Source: Chiloscyllium plagiosum (taxonomy: Eukaryota). Taken from it: 33,016 nt of DNA. A model generated the notes under the pieces. It worked only from the letters and a program-made list of their open reading frames with translations. It ran no database searches and was not told the origin of the DNA. Positions 11,070-23,900 of the stretch are shown piece after piece; position 1 is the stretch's first letter, and every line of letters starts with the position of its first letter. A program made the position numbers and the translations under genes. Location: positions 62,912 through 95,927 of the forward strand of contig NW_025215374.1 in NCBI RefSeq assembly GCF_004010195.1. The letters run 5' to 3'.

Positions 11070-12710
11070 AGGGTTAGATAAAGTTTTAACTAATAATGGA
11101 ATCAAGAGTAATGGGGAGAAGTGAGAAGCATGTGCTTAAGAAACAAAACAGCCATGACCAAGCAGCAGAGCAGATTTGATGGCGCAAATGTCCCAACTCA
11201 GTTCTCGTTTCTTATGATTCATTGATACCTGGAAATGTCGTTGTGAGTGTACTGTGCAGGCTGGCTTTGACAGATATTTAACCAAAATGTAGTCAGTGGT
11301 AATGTGCGACATGTTAGGAGGGCTGAGTGGTTTTTATCTATTCCTAATTATTGTTGTTTCCTATGAGGTTAACAGAATATATAAATAAGCGAGCTCCATT
11401 TAAGACTAAGTCTAGGATCTTTTATTCGCGTTGGGGATTTTCTCATTCCCAGGAAACAATGAAGATTGGGTTATTGAAGGTATTCAAGGCTGAGATCAAC
11501 TACCTTTGATAGACAGCAGAGTCAGTGTTTATTGGGAACAGACAAAAGAAGAGAACTATCACATTCAGCTAGTAACGCAATGGGATAGTGGGGGCCATTC
11601 TGCCCCTCTAAGGAGTTAGATAAAAACAAGGTGATGTTATTCAGCCCTTCAGTGTACACTGCACAGCACAGGACGAGGCCATTCAAAATGCCTGAGGTGT
11701 TGCAGAAGCACAGTAGACTCCTGAATATAACAGGAAGTAGTGCGTAGAGATTAATATTGGTTTGCAGGTTGGATAACTGATGCAGATTAACCTTTGAGGC
11801 ACGCCACAGGTTACAGTTATTTGGATGACCCGATAAATTAGAGTTCAATGAGCTAAGAAACCAAGATAGTCATTCAATACGTTGTCAACTTGATGCAGAC
11901 AGTCAGCAATGGGATACATTCAGGAGTGGTTTAGTGTCAAAACCTTCAGCAGAAAATGTTTAATGTGGATTATGAAAGTCACTGCTGCATGAATCATGTA
12001 AAGTTAGTCAGCATGTGCAACAAATGATTCGGAAGTTAAATGGAACGATGCTGCAATGGTTATCGGGTTTAATCGTAGGAATGTTTTACTGCATCAGTAC
12101 AGAGCATCGCTGAGATCACACCTGATGCAGTATTAACTGTTTTTCATCCTAAACTGACAAAAAGAAAGATTCAAACAGAGGAAGAGCACCATTCTGAGGA
12201 AGGTTTACCGGACCCAAAATGTTAACTCTGATTTGTCTTCACAGAAATTGCCAGATCCGCTGAGATTTTCCAGAAAATTCTGGATTTGCTCCTGATTTAC
12301 AACAGGTGGTTGTGAGTAGAGTTTTATGTTGATTTTCAGTTTGGAAAACTGAAACCAGTGCAGTGCTCCAGGGATCAGTCTATGTCAGCTATTCATAGTT
12401 CTTTTGCTTTCCGGTAAACCACAAACATTTGATTTAGAAATTTCACATTATTGTTTCTGAGTTGAAGGCCTTGTATTATGAAGGATATGTACTTTAGGTC
12501 TCAGTTTAAGTGATTCTGCTATTGTACAAAATAAGATATGAAAACAGTGTATCAGGTGAATACCTGATGGACATTTCCTCTTGTATGGAAGACTAAAACC
12601 TGGAAATCCATTTTAAGAATAAGTATTCACTTTGACACAGATATTGGAAAGTCATTAACCATTTTTATAAAAGGTAAACGAGTCTTGGTCACAGAATCAA
12701 ACAATAAGGA
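11070..12710 (+). mobile_element. Patchwork of old CR1/L2 3'-end and RT fragments, with a small Penelope-type piece at ~12190-12300
   Basis: Tail-like motifs (ggaatcaagagtaatggggagaag..tttcttatg; gggctgagtgg..tttcctatg; tattcaaggctgagatcaac) and RT-like remnants at 11940-12140. Very degenerate. Confidence 0.55.
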
Positions 12711-12734
12711 AACACACTCGTTGGTTCAACTAAT

Positions 12735-14093
12735 ACTACCAGTCTGCATTTGGCCCATATCCCTCTGAACATTTCCTGTTCTTGTACCTACCCAAACATC
12801 TTTTACATGTCGTTACTGTACCTGCATCCACCACTTCGTTTGAAAGTTCATTGCACACACTAACATTTCTATGTAACAACATGTCGTCCATCTTGTACTT
12901 TTTAAAACTTTGTCTTCTCACTTTAAAATATTCTCGCTGGTTTTGAACTCCTCCGTCCTAGAGAAAATAAACATGCCATTCACTTTATCAATATCGCTCA
13001 TAATTTTATAAATATCCAGAATGTTACCCTTGAATCTCGTGCGCTCCAGGGAAAAAATGTATGAGTCGATCCAATCTCACCTTCTCCCCCAATCCCTCCA
13101 TTCTTAGCAACATTCCCGTAAATCGTTTTAACCTAAACCAGCTTAATAACGTCCTTCCTCTGGCAGGGTGATTAGAACTGGACCCAGTACTCCAAAAAAA
13201 GCTCTTACCAATGCCCTGTACAACCTCAAGATGAAATCTGGACGCCTATACTGAAACGTCTGAGCGACGAAGGCAAGCGTGCTAATTGCCTTCTGAACCA
13301 TTTTTTCGACCTGTGACACAAAGTTCAAAGAATTATGTGCCAAAACCCCTCGTTCTCTGTGGTCTGAAACACCACTCGGGCCCTATGATTGTTTGTTTTA
13401 CGTCATGAAGTACATCACATTTTCTGGATATAATCTCCATCTGAAACTCCTCAATCCATTGACCTAATTGATCAATATATCTTTTCAATCTCAGACAACT
13501 GTCTCACTGCCCAATATACCAGCACTTTTTGTGTCATCTGAAAATGCCTTCTATAATATCATCCAAATCTTTTACATCAATGACAAACAAAAGTCCATCC
13601 AGTTCTGATCTCTGTGGAACACTGCTGGTCACAGGCTTCTAGGCCACAGCAAAATCCTCTATTCATTCAGTTGGCAAGCTCACCCTCAATCCCATATGCT
13701 CTAACTTTATTCATTAGTCTACCATGCAGAACCTTATCAAAGGCTTTGCTAATATTCATTTAAAGAACATCTACCATTCTGTTACAATCAATCTTTCTGG
13801 TTACTTCATTTAAAACAAATTAAAATCATGTTTGTAAGACATGATTCTTCTCACACAAAACCTTTCTGACCATCACAAATAAGTCCTTCCCTCTCCATGC
13901 ATATAAATCCTTTCTTTCAAAATCACTTCCAACAATTTACTCATCAACAATGTAAGATTCACAGTCTATCGTTTCCATGCTTTTCCTTCCAGCCTTTCTA
14001 AAGGCGCAGCATTAGCCACCCTCCAGTCCTCTACAGTAATTCACTTGTGTTTATAGAAGAAACAATTGTACCTGCTGGGTTCCATTCGTTTCG
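12735..14093 (-). mobile_element. Old CR1 LINE (RT and 3' end); resumes at ~14946-15030
   Basis: Minus ORFs VCNELSNEVVDAGTVTTCKRCLGRY..EGYGPNA and VEKMVQKAISTLAF..LRLYRALVR. The decayed motif gtgtcatctgaaaat (FSDDT on the minus strand) lies near 13535. Confidence 0.85.
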
Positions 14094-14945
14094 AAGAATA
14101 AAGAACAAAGAAAAAATAACAAAGAATATTACAACACAGGAATAGGCTCTTTTGCCATCCAAACCTCACCGATCCAATTCCTCTTTCTAAGCCTATTTTC
14201 TATGGATCTGTATCCCTTAGCTCCCTAACCATTCATGTATTTGTCTCGATCGACCTTAAATGACGCTATTGTGCCCAACTTTACCACCACTGCTGGCACC
14301 CCACCTTCTGTGTAATGAACTTACCACATGTACTTCCCCTAAACATATCTGCTCTCACTTTGAACTCGAGGGCCCTCGTAATTCAGTACGCCACTCTGGG
14401 GAAAGAAAAAAGCTTCTTGCTATCCAACCTGTCTATACTTCTCATGATTTTGTTGACCGCAATCATATCCCCCCCTAACCTCTGTCTTTCTAATGTAAAT
14501 ACTCCTAATCTACTCAAGCTCTCTTCATAGCAAGTGCCCTCCATGCCAGGCAACATCCTAGTGAACCTCTTCTGCACCCTCTCCAAAACATTCACATAGT
14601 TTTGGTAATGTGGCGACCAGAAATGTACCAAATGTAAGGTCGAACCGTAGTCTTACTGAACTGGAACATGACCTACCATATCGTGTACAAAATACCTCGT
14701 CCGATGAAAGAAAACATTTCATATGATTTCGTGACCACTCTATTGACCTGTGTTGCCAAATTCAGGGATCAAAGGACCTGAAAACCCAGAGTTCTCTCTG
14801 TACATCAATTTTCCCCTGGACATTTCTACTTACGGTATAATTCGCTCTTGAATTGGATCCTCCAAAATACAGCACCTTGCATTTGCCCCGATTGAATTCC
14901 ATCTGCCATTTCTCAGCCCAACTCTCCAGTCTATATATCTTTGCT
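14094..14945 (-). mobile_element. 5'-truncated CR1 LINE nested in the preceding CR1
   Basis: Tail of (aagaac/aaag)-like repeats at 14094-14130. ORFs HFWSPHY..LERVQKRFTRMLPGM and LESWAEKWQMEFNRGKCKVLYFG. Confidence 0.88.
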
Positions 14946-15069
14946 CCCACAACGTCCTGGCTTACACAGGATCCAGTCCTGGGAGATTGATCAATTCTAA
15001 TGTTTTCTCGGACACAACACCCAAATCTCCTTGTGCTGGTGTTTTGTTTTTACAGTCTCTGTCCATATG

Positions 15070-15620
15070 AATAATCATTTGTTTTTTCATTCTTCCTTCT
15101 GAAGTGCTTGACCTCACACTTTATTACAATGAACTCCATCTTTCAATTACATAATGCAGATTTCTAATATCCTTATCGCACCAGGCACTCCACCCTATTT
15201 TTACGACCGTCAAATGTGCATAGATTGCATTCTACACCGCCCCTCAAACCTTTAATACATGAGTATGCAACTGGAGTCCAAGTACAGGCATTTGTGGTAC
15301 TCCATTTATTATATCTTTCTGAACCCTCACAGACATATTAATAATAGACATGAGGCTACCTGACCTTTATTTTCCTTTTTTCTACCTTCCTCTCTCCTTG
15401 ACGCAGGCATCACAATGTAAGATTCACAGTCTATCGTTCCACGCTTTTCCTTCCAGCCTTTCTAAAGGCGCAGCATTAGCCACCCTCCAGTCCTCTACAG
15501 TACTTCACTTGTGTTTATAGAAGAAACAATTGTACCTGCTGGGTTCCATTCGTTTCGAAGAATTCCAATGAAATTCCAATGAAATTTTTTCCTGTGTGGA
15601 ACTTCCCGATTTCATCTTCC
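15070..15620 (-). mobile_element. Very old CR1/L2 RT fragment interrupted by a local duplication
   Basis: cattcttccttctgaagtgcttgacctcacact..aactccatct and ggagtccaagtacaggcatttgtggtactcca resemble reverse-complemented RT motifs. Confidence 0.5.
15408..15563 (+). repeat. ~157-bp direct copy of 13942-14099
   Basis: catca(a)caatgtaagattcacagtctatcg..gggttccattcgtttcgaagaat occurs at both sites, with four differences by eye (two 1-nt indels, two substitutions). Confidence 0.95.
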
Positions 15621-15904
15621 AACTGTTCCAAAAAAGGTTTTAGCGACATTTTTTCTATTTTAAATTTCCACATGGAGCCTCGTGCTATTTATGTTTATAC
15701 TTTGCAACAACTGACCTTCCTAAATCAATTGCCTTCAACTTTATTTGCTTTATATCATTCAACTGTTGGGCTGTAAAAAAGAAACCCAATCCTCTGGGGA
15801 GCAGCAGTTTTCATCATTTTGTGCAACTTTGTTTTCATTTGGTACTCGTCCTGACTACACTTGTTAAGCATACAAATTTCATCTTCTCATCAATTCCATT
15901 TTGT

Positions 15905-16239
15905 TTTTTATTAAATTTGTTCATGGATTTAGGGCGTCACTGGCTCGGCCAGCATTAGTTGCCCATCCCTAATTGCCTATAGGGCAGTTACGAGTCAATC
16001 AAATTGCTGTGGGTCTGGAGTCACATGTAGGCCAGACCAGGTAAGGATGGCAGATTCTTTCCCTGAAAGGACTTCAGTGAACCAGAGGGGTTTTTTCTCC
16101 CCAAAAATCGACAATGGATTCATGGCCATCATGAGATTCTTAATTCGAGATTGTTTTATTGAAATAAATTTCCACCATCTGCTGGAAATTCGGGTCCCAG
16201 AACAATCTGGCGATGACACCACAAGACTACGGCCTCCCC
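15905..16239 (-). mobile_element. Deu-domain (SacSINE1/AmnSINE-like) tRNA-headed SINE, internally deleted
   Basis: T-rich tail, then gcccatccctaattgcc..gtgggtctggagtcacatgtaggccagaccaggtaaggatggcagat. The minus-strand head is gggaggccgtagtcttgtggtgtcatcgccaga. Confidence 0.78.
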
Positions 16240-16357
16240 ATCATTTTTGATCATTGTGTAACGTTAATTTAAATATCTGCCAATGTCATCAACTGAACTT
16301 CCTCTCAGTCTACTTTGCCAACTCATTGTAAGCAATAAATGCCCAAGCTACTGATTA

Positions 16358-17190
16358 TAACATAAGAACTAGGAGCAGGAGTAGGCCGGCCAGCCCTTCG
16401 AGCATTCTCCATCATTCAATCACATCATGCCTGAGCTTTCCGTGGACTCAGCTCCACCTACCTGCCCTCTCACTGTATCCCTAATTTTCTTCATTGTTTG
16501 AAACAAAAATACCTTAGCTTGAAAATAGTTTCCTGAAAAGCGTCAACTACTTCCCCAGGCAAAGAGTTCCATCGATTAACAACCCTCTGAGTGAAAGTTT
16601 TCCTTCCGATTTCAGTCCTAACTCTGCTTCCTCTATTCTTGCAGCTTTGCCCTCTTGTCCTAGCTTCACCTGCCAGTGGAAACATCCTCTATATTTCTAT
16701 TTTATCCATTCCCTTCATTATTTTATATGCTTCTGTGAGATCCCCTCATTGTTCTGAATTTCAAATAATATAATCCCAATCTACTCAGCCTCTCCTCATA
16801 AGCCAACCCCTCCTTGACTTCGGAATCAACCTGGTGAAAATCCTCTGCACCCCCTACAGTGCCAGTAAGAAGACCAAAACTGCACACAGTACTGCAGGTG
16901 TGGTTTCACCAGTGCCTTGTACAACTGCAACATTACCTCTTTGCTTTTCAACTCAACCCCTATAGAAATGAAGGATAAAGTTCCATTTCCCTTCCGAACC
17001 ACTTGTTGATGAACGCCTTTTGACCGAAACATCGAATTTCCAGCTCCCCTGATGCTGCATAACCTGCTGTGCTTTTCCAGCACCACTCTAATCTAGACTC
17101 TGATCGCCAGCATCTGCAGTCCTCACTTTTGCCCACTTGTCCGACCTGCAGACCAAAAGTCTGTGATTCATGCCTGATAGTTCTCAAGCC
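16358..17190 (-). mobile_element. CR1/L2-clade LINE 3' end, interrupted at 17007-17131
   Basis: Tail aacataagaactaggagcaggagtaggcc. ORFs MFPLAGEARTRG..FTQRVVNRWNSLP and LQLYKALVKPHLQYCVQFWS. Confidence 0.88.
17007..17131 (+). mobile_element. Penelope-type terminal fragment with a decayed hammerhead core
   Basis: tgatgaacgccttttgaccgaaacatc followed by gatgctgcataacctgctgtgcttttccagcaccac..ccagcatctgcagtcctcactttt. Confidence 0.75.
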
Positions 17191-17539
17191 TCTAAGGGGT
17201 TTTCCCATGTGGATTAAAGTTTGATCAGCTCGCGGTGACTAACTTGGAGTTTTAGTGGATAGTCAGAGAATAATTGTGAAAGACATGAGTCAATGTTTCT
17301 AAAATCCCGGTCGGACAGGGAGCCGCACGTGTGATGCTTTGGACGTGAATGATAATACAAGCAACAACACAGTACCACCAACTGTACAGGGGCTCAAATC
17401 ATGGTCAGGGAGGGACAAAGAAGCAAGCACATTCCCATTAAACACAGGATAGGACAATGCTGGAAGGAAAACACATCTGAGGAATATATGAGAAATGAGC
17501 TGAAGAATCAGGCTAATTGGAGAAGTGAAGTCATAGAGA

Positions 17540-17920
17540 CACATTGATAAGAAGGAGAATTTTAAAATGAGACATTATCACAACGATTATAGGGGTAATA
17601 AGTGAGTGGAACTCCATGTGAGTTGGCAAACAAGCAGCAGAGTTGAGGATGAGCTGAGGTTCAGGGAGGGCATAAGGTGAGATGTCAATGAGATGATTAT
17701 TATAACAGTTGAGACTGGAACAGACAGAGACATGAATGAAGTTTTCAGAAGGAGAGTTTATAAGGAAGGAATACAGATCGAGGCTGCAATAGAGCTAGGA
17801 AATGGGGAAAGTTTTGGTGACAGGTATGGAAAGTAGGATGTAGCTCAATTCACTGTAAAGTAGAATGCTGAGATTGTACACAAACTAGTTCAGGCTCAGA
17901 TATCAGCTGGGAGAGGAATT
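17540..17920 (-). mobile_element. Probable ancient L2-type LINE fragment
   Basis: Purine-rich plus strand with gagaattttaaaatgag, gcagcagagttgaggatgagctgagg and gagacatgaatgaagttttcag, which resemble reverse-complemented L2 ORF2 C-terminus. No ORF remains. Confidence 0.45.
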
Positions 17921-20900
17921 AGATCAGTACATGTGGGCGATCACGGTAATTATGATACAGGCTCCTGTGGTATAACAGGCTCCAATAGATGTGTGCTCTC
18001 CTCCGGCTTCCCCTGAGTATCAAGCACCAATCAGCTGTGTGCTCTTCTGGTGTGGCTGAGCAACAGGCTCCAATAGCTGTATGCTCTGCTGCTGCCGCTG
18101 CCAACCAGGCTCCAATAGCTAAATGCTGGCCTTCTGCTGCCCCTGAGTAACAGGCTCCAATATCTGTGTGCTCTCTTCCTGCCGCCCCTGAGTAACAGAC
18201 TCCAATAGGTATGTGCCATCTTCCTACCGCTCCTGAGAAAGATGCTCAGATCGCTGCATGTTCTCTTCCTGCTACACTGAGTAACAGGCTCCAGTAGCTG
18301 CATGCTCTGCTGCTGACCCTGAATACAGCCTACAATAGCTGTGTGCTGTCTTCCTGCTGCCCTGGAGTAAATTGCTCCAAAAACAGTGTGCTCGCCTCCG
18401 GCTGCACCTGAGTAACAGGCTCCAAAGCGTATCTGCTCTCCCCCTGCTGCTCCTAAATAACTGGCTCCTATACAATCCTGCTGCCCTGAATAACAGGTTC
18501 CAATAGCTGTGTGCTCTCCTTCTGCTGCACTGGGGTAAATATCATCAATAGCAGTGTGCTCGCCACCTGCTGACCCTAAGTAACAGGCTCCAACAGCTGT
18601 GTTGTGTCCTCCTGCTGACCTTAATTAACAGGCTCCAATAGCTGCGTGCTCTACTCCTGCGGCCCCTAAGTGACATGTTCCGATAGCTGTGTGCACTCCT
18701 GCCGCCCCTGAGCCACAGGCTACAATACCTGTGCGCTGTCCTCCTACTGCCTCTGGATAACCAGCTCAAATAGCTTTGTGCTCTCCTGATGCTCCTGAGT
18801 AACAGGCTGGAATAGCTGTGTGCTGTCATCCTGCTTCTCCCGAGTAACAGACTCTAAAAGCTGTGTGCTCTCCACCTGCTGTCCCTGAGTAACAGCCACC
18901 ATTAGTTTCATTCTTTCCTGCTGCGCATGGGTAATAGACTCCAATGCATGTGTGCTCTCCCCTGTTAACACTGAGTACAAGGCTCCAATAACTGTGTAAT
19001 CACCTCCTGCTTCTCTTGAGCAATATGTTACAACAGCTGCCTGCCCTCCTGGTGTCCATTAGTGACAGGCTCCCATAGCTGTGTTCTCGACTTCTGCTGC
19101 TGCTGACTAACAGGCTGTAAATGCTGTGTCCTCGCCTTCTGCCCATGAGTCAGGAGTGTGTTCTCCTGCTGCTGCTGAGTAACAGGTTCCAATAGCTGCA
19201 TGCTCTCCTCCTGTTGCCCCTGAGTACCGGGCTACAATAGCTATGTGCTGTCACCCTGCTGACCCTGAGTAAATGGCTCCGTTAGCTGTGTGCTCTTCTC
19301 CTGCTGCCCTTGAGTAACAGGCTTAAATATTATTGTGCTCTCCTTCTGCTGCTCCTGAGTGAAAGGCTCCAAAAGATGTGTGCCCGCCTCCTGCTGCCCC
19401 TGAGTAGCAGGTTTCAATAATTGTGTGCTCTCATGCTACTCCTGAGTAACAGGTTTCAATAGCTGTATGCTCTCCACCTCCTGTCGCTCAGTAACAGTCT
19501 TCAATAGCTGTGTGCTCTCCTACTGCCCCTGAGTAACACGCTCCCACACATGTGTTCTTGTGTACAGCTGCTGCTGACTAACAGACTTCAATAGTTGTTT
19601 GGTCACTTCCTACCCCTGAGTAACAGGTTCCAAAAGCCTGTGCTCTCCTCCTGGACGGGAATAATAGGCTCCAGTAGCTGAGTACTTTCCTCCTGTTGCT
19701 CCTGAGTAACAGGTTTCAATATCTGTGCGCTCTTCTCCTGCATTTCCTGTGTGAGAGGCTCCAATAGTTGTATATTTTCCTCCTGTTGCCCCGGAGCAAA
19801 AGCCTGCAATAGCAGTGTGTTCTCCTTCTGCCCCTGAGTAACAGGCTCGCATAGCTGTGTGCTCACTTCCTGCCTCTGAGTCACAGGCTCCAATAGCTGT
19901 GTTCTTTCCTGCTGACCCTCAGTAACAGTTTCCGATATCTGTGTGCTCTACTCCTGCTGCTCCTCAGTAACAGGCGCCAATAGCTGCGGGCTCTCTGACT
20001 GCTCATCCTGAGTAACAGCTTCCAGAAGTTGTGTGCTCTCATCCTGCACCTGAGTAACAATTTCCAATAGCTGTGTGTCCTCCTGCTGTTGCTCCTGATT
20101 AACAGGCTCCAATCGTTGTGTGCTCTCCTCCTGCTGCTCCTGTGTAAGATGCTCCAATAGTTGCATGCTTCCTTCCTATTGTCCCAGAGTAACAGAATTT
20201 ATTAGATGTGCGCCACCCATGGACACTGAGTAACAGGCTACAATAGCTGTGTGCTCTCCTTCCGTTGTCTCTGAGTAACCGGCTCTATCAGCTGTGTGCT
20301 CTCCTACTGCTCCATAGCAGTAGGCTCCAAAAGCAGTGTGCTCTCCTGTTGCTGCTGAGTAATGGTGTCCAATAGCTGTGAGCTGTCCTTTTGATTCTGA
20401 ATAAAAGGCTCCCACAGATGTGTGCTCTCCTACTGAACCAGAGTCACAGGATCTAATAGGTGCGTGCTGTCCTCCTCCGGTCCCTGAGTAACAAGCTGCA
20501 ACAGGTGTGTGCTCTCCTGCTGCATCTCCTGAGGAACAGGCTCCAGTAGCTGCATGCTCTGCTGTTTACCCTGAGTACAAGGTATAATAGCCGTGTGCTG
20601 TCCTCCTGCTGCCATGCAGAAAATGGCTCCAATAGCAGTGTGCTCGTCTCCGGCTACCCCTGAGTAACAGGCTCCAATACTTGTCTGCTCACGTCCAGCT
20701 GCTCCCAAGATACAGGTTCCAAAATCAGTATGCTCTCCTCCTGCACGTGAGTAACGATCTCCAAAAGCTGAGTACTCTCCACCTGTTGGTCGTGACTAAT
20801 AGTCTCCAATAGTTGTGTTCTCTCCTCCTGCAACTCCTGTGTAAGAGACTCCAATAGTTGTGTGTTCTTCTCCTGTTGCCCCAGAGTAACAGGCTGCAAT

Positions 20901-23900
20901 AGCTGTGTGCTATCCTGCTGCCTCTGAGTAACAGGCTCTTTAAGCTGTGTACTACCATCCTGCTGCTGCTGAGTAACAGGCTGCAATAGCTGTGTGCTCA
21001 CTTCCTGCCCCTGAGTCACAGACTCCATTCACTGTGTTCTTTCATGCTGCCCCTCAGTAATAGGTTCCGTTATCTGTGTGCTCTCCAACAGCACATCCTC
21101 AGTAACAGCCTGCAGAAGCTGACTGCTCTCATGCTGCTGCTCCTGAGTAAATATGTTCCAAAAGCTGTGTGCTCTCCTCCAGCACCTGAATAACAAGCTC
21201 TAATACCAGTGTGTTCTGCTGCTGTTGCTCCTAAGTAACAGGCTCCAATAATTGTGTGCTCTCCTTCTGCTGCTCCTGTGTAAGAGGCTCCAATAGCTGC
21301 ATGCTTTCCTCCCGTTGCCCCGGAGTAACAGAATCCAATAAATGTGTTCTCCCCTGCTGACACTGAGTAACAGGCTACAATAGCTGTGCGCTCTCCTCCT
21401 GCTGCTCCTGAGAAAGAGGGTCAAATCGCTACATGTTCTTTTCCTGTCACTCTGAGTAACAGGCTCCAGTAGCTGCATGCTGTGCTGGTGACCCTAAGTA
21501 CACGGTGTAATAACTGTGTGCTGTCCTCCTGTTAGCCTGGAGTAAATGGCCCCAATAGCCATGTGCTCGCTTCCTGCTACTCCTGAGTAACAGCCTCCAA
21601 TAGCTGTATGCTCTCCTGATGCCCATGAGTAATAGGCTCCAATAGCTTTGTGCTCTCCTGATGCCCATGAATAACACGCTGCAATATCTTTGTGCTCTCC
21701 TCCTCCAGCTGCTGAGTCACAGTGTCCAATAGCTATCCACTGTCCTCCAGCTGCTCCTGAGTAACAGGCTCCAATATATGTGTGCTTTCCTGGTGTCCCT
21801 GAGTGACAGCCTCCCGTAGCTGTGTTCTCGCCTCCAGCTGCTGCTGATTAACAGGCTGCAAGGCTGTGTGCTCACCTTCTGCCCATGAGCCACAGGCTCC
21901 AATATCTGTGTTTCCCCCTGCTGCTCCATCGTAACAGTCTCCAATAGCTGATAGCTTTCCTTTTGCTGCTCCGGAGTACCAGGCTCTAATGGAAGTGTGC
22001 TCTCCTGCTCCGGCTGCATAAAAGTGTCCTATAGTTGTGTTCTCCTCTCCTGCTGCTACTGATTAAAAGGCTCCAATATCTGTATGCTCTCCTCCTGTCT
22101 CTGAGTAACAGGCTACAACAGATGTGTGCGCTCCTCCTCCTGCTCCTTAGTAACAGGCTCCAATACTGTGTGCTCTCCTCCTGTCCCTGAAAAACAGCTC
22201 CCATAAGTATGTTCTCTCCTCCTCCTGCCGTTGAGTAACAGGTTCGAATACCTTTATGCTCTCCTCCTGACCCTGAGTGACAGGACCCAACTGGTGTGTG
22301 CTCTCCTCCTGCTTCTCCTGAGTAACAGGCTTCAATACATGTGTGCTCTTCTGCTGCCCCTAAGAAGCAGGTTCCGACAGCTGTGTGCTCTCCTCCTGTG
22401 GCTGCTGAGTAACAGGCTCCAATAACTGTGCGATCTCCTCCTGCTACACTTAATAACAGGCTCCAATATCTGTGTGCTCTCTTCCTGCTGTCCATGAGTA
22501 ACAGGCTCCAATAGCTGTGTGCTCTCCTGCAGCTGCCACTGAGTAACCGGCTCCACTAGCTGTGTGCTCACCTCCTGCCACTCCTGAGAAACAGGCTCCA
22601 ATCGCTGTCTGCTGTCCACGTGCTGCCTCTAAGTAAAAGGCTCCAATAGCTGCATGGTCTCCTGCTGCCCATGAGTAAGAGGCTGCAATAGCTGCGTGCT
22701 CTCTTGCTGCCACTTTGTAACAGGCTACATGAACATTCTCCTCCTGTTGGCGCTGAGTAACAGGCGGTAAAAACTGTGTGTTCCCCTTCTGTTCCTGAGT
22801 AACAGACTCCCATAGCTGCGTGCCCTTCTCCAGCTCATGCTGAATAACAGGCTCCAATACCTGTGTACTCTCCTCCTTCCACTGAGTCACAGGCTCCAAC
22901 AGATATGTGCTGCCCTCCTGATCCTGGGTAACAGGCTCCACTAGCCATGTGCTCTTCTGCTCCTGCTCCTGAGTAACAGGATCGAATAGCTGTGCGCTGT
23001 CCTCCTGCTGCCCCTGAGTAACAGGGTCCAATAAGTGTGTGTTCTGCTACTACTGCTCCTGAGTAACATTACAATAGATGTGTGCGCTCCTCCTCCTGCT
23101 CCTCAGTAACAGGCTCCAATACTGTGCGCTCTCCTCCTGTCCCTTTAGTCTGCTGCTGCTGCTCCGGAATAATAGGATGCAATAGCGGTGTGCTCTCCTC
23201 ATCCTCCTGAGTAACAAGCTCCAATGCCTCTGCACTCTCTTCCTGTTGCCCTTCAGTAACAAGCTCCAAACGCTGTATGCCTTCCCGCTGCTGTTCCTGA
23301 GTTACAGGCTCCAATTGTTGTGTACTCACCTCCTGATGCTCCTTGGTAACAGGCTCCAACATCTGCATGATCTCCTCCTGCTAACCGTAGTAAAAGACTC
23401 CATTAGCTGCATGCTCTGCTTTTGCCCCTGAGCCCCGGACTCCAATAGCAGGCTCCAAAAACTGTGTGCTCTCCTCCTACTGCCCCTGAGTAACAGCTGC
23501 CAATATCTGCATGCTTTCCTGCTGCCCATGAGTAAGAGGTTCCAATAGCTGAGCGCTCTCCTGCTGCCCATGAGTAACGGGCTCCAATAGGTTTGTCCTC
23601 TCCTGCAGCCACAGTGTAACAGGCTCTATTATCTGTGTGCCCCCCTCCTGCTGCTCCTCAGCAACAGGCTCCAATAGCGGAGTGCTCTCCTCCTGCTCCT
23701 GAATAGCAGGGTACAAAATCTGTGTGCTTTCCTGCTGCTGCTGCTGCTAAGTAAAAAGTTCCAATAACTGAGTGTTCTCCTACTTCCCCAGAGTGTAGGC
23801 TCCCATGGATGTGTGCCCTCCACCTGATGCTGCAGCTGAGTAACAGGCTCCAATGGATGTGTGCTCTCTTCCTGCCCCCGAGTCACAGCCTCCAACAGAC

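Noticed and set aside
11522..11848. 108-aa minus-strand ORF as an exon
   Set aside because: No recognisable domain or convincing splice context, and it lies among decayed LINE fragments.
13942..15563. 157-bp direct repeats as LTRs or a giant TSD
   Set aside because: There are no TG..CA ends or PBS, the repeat is itself CR1 sequence, and the host CR1 appears to resume at ~14946 inside the interval.
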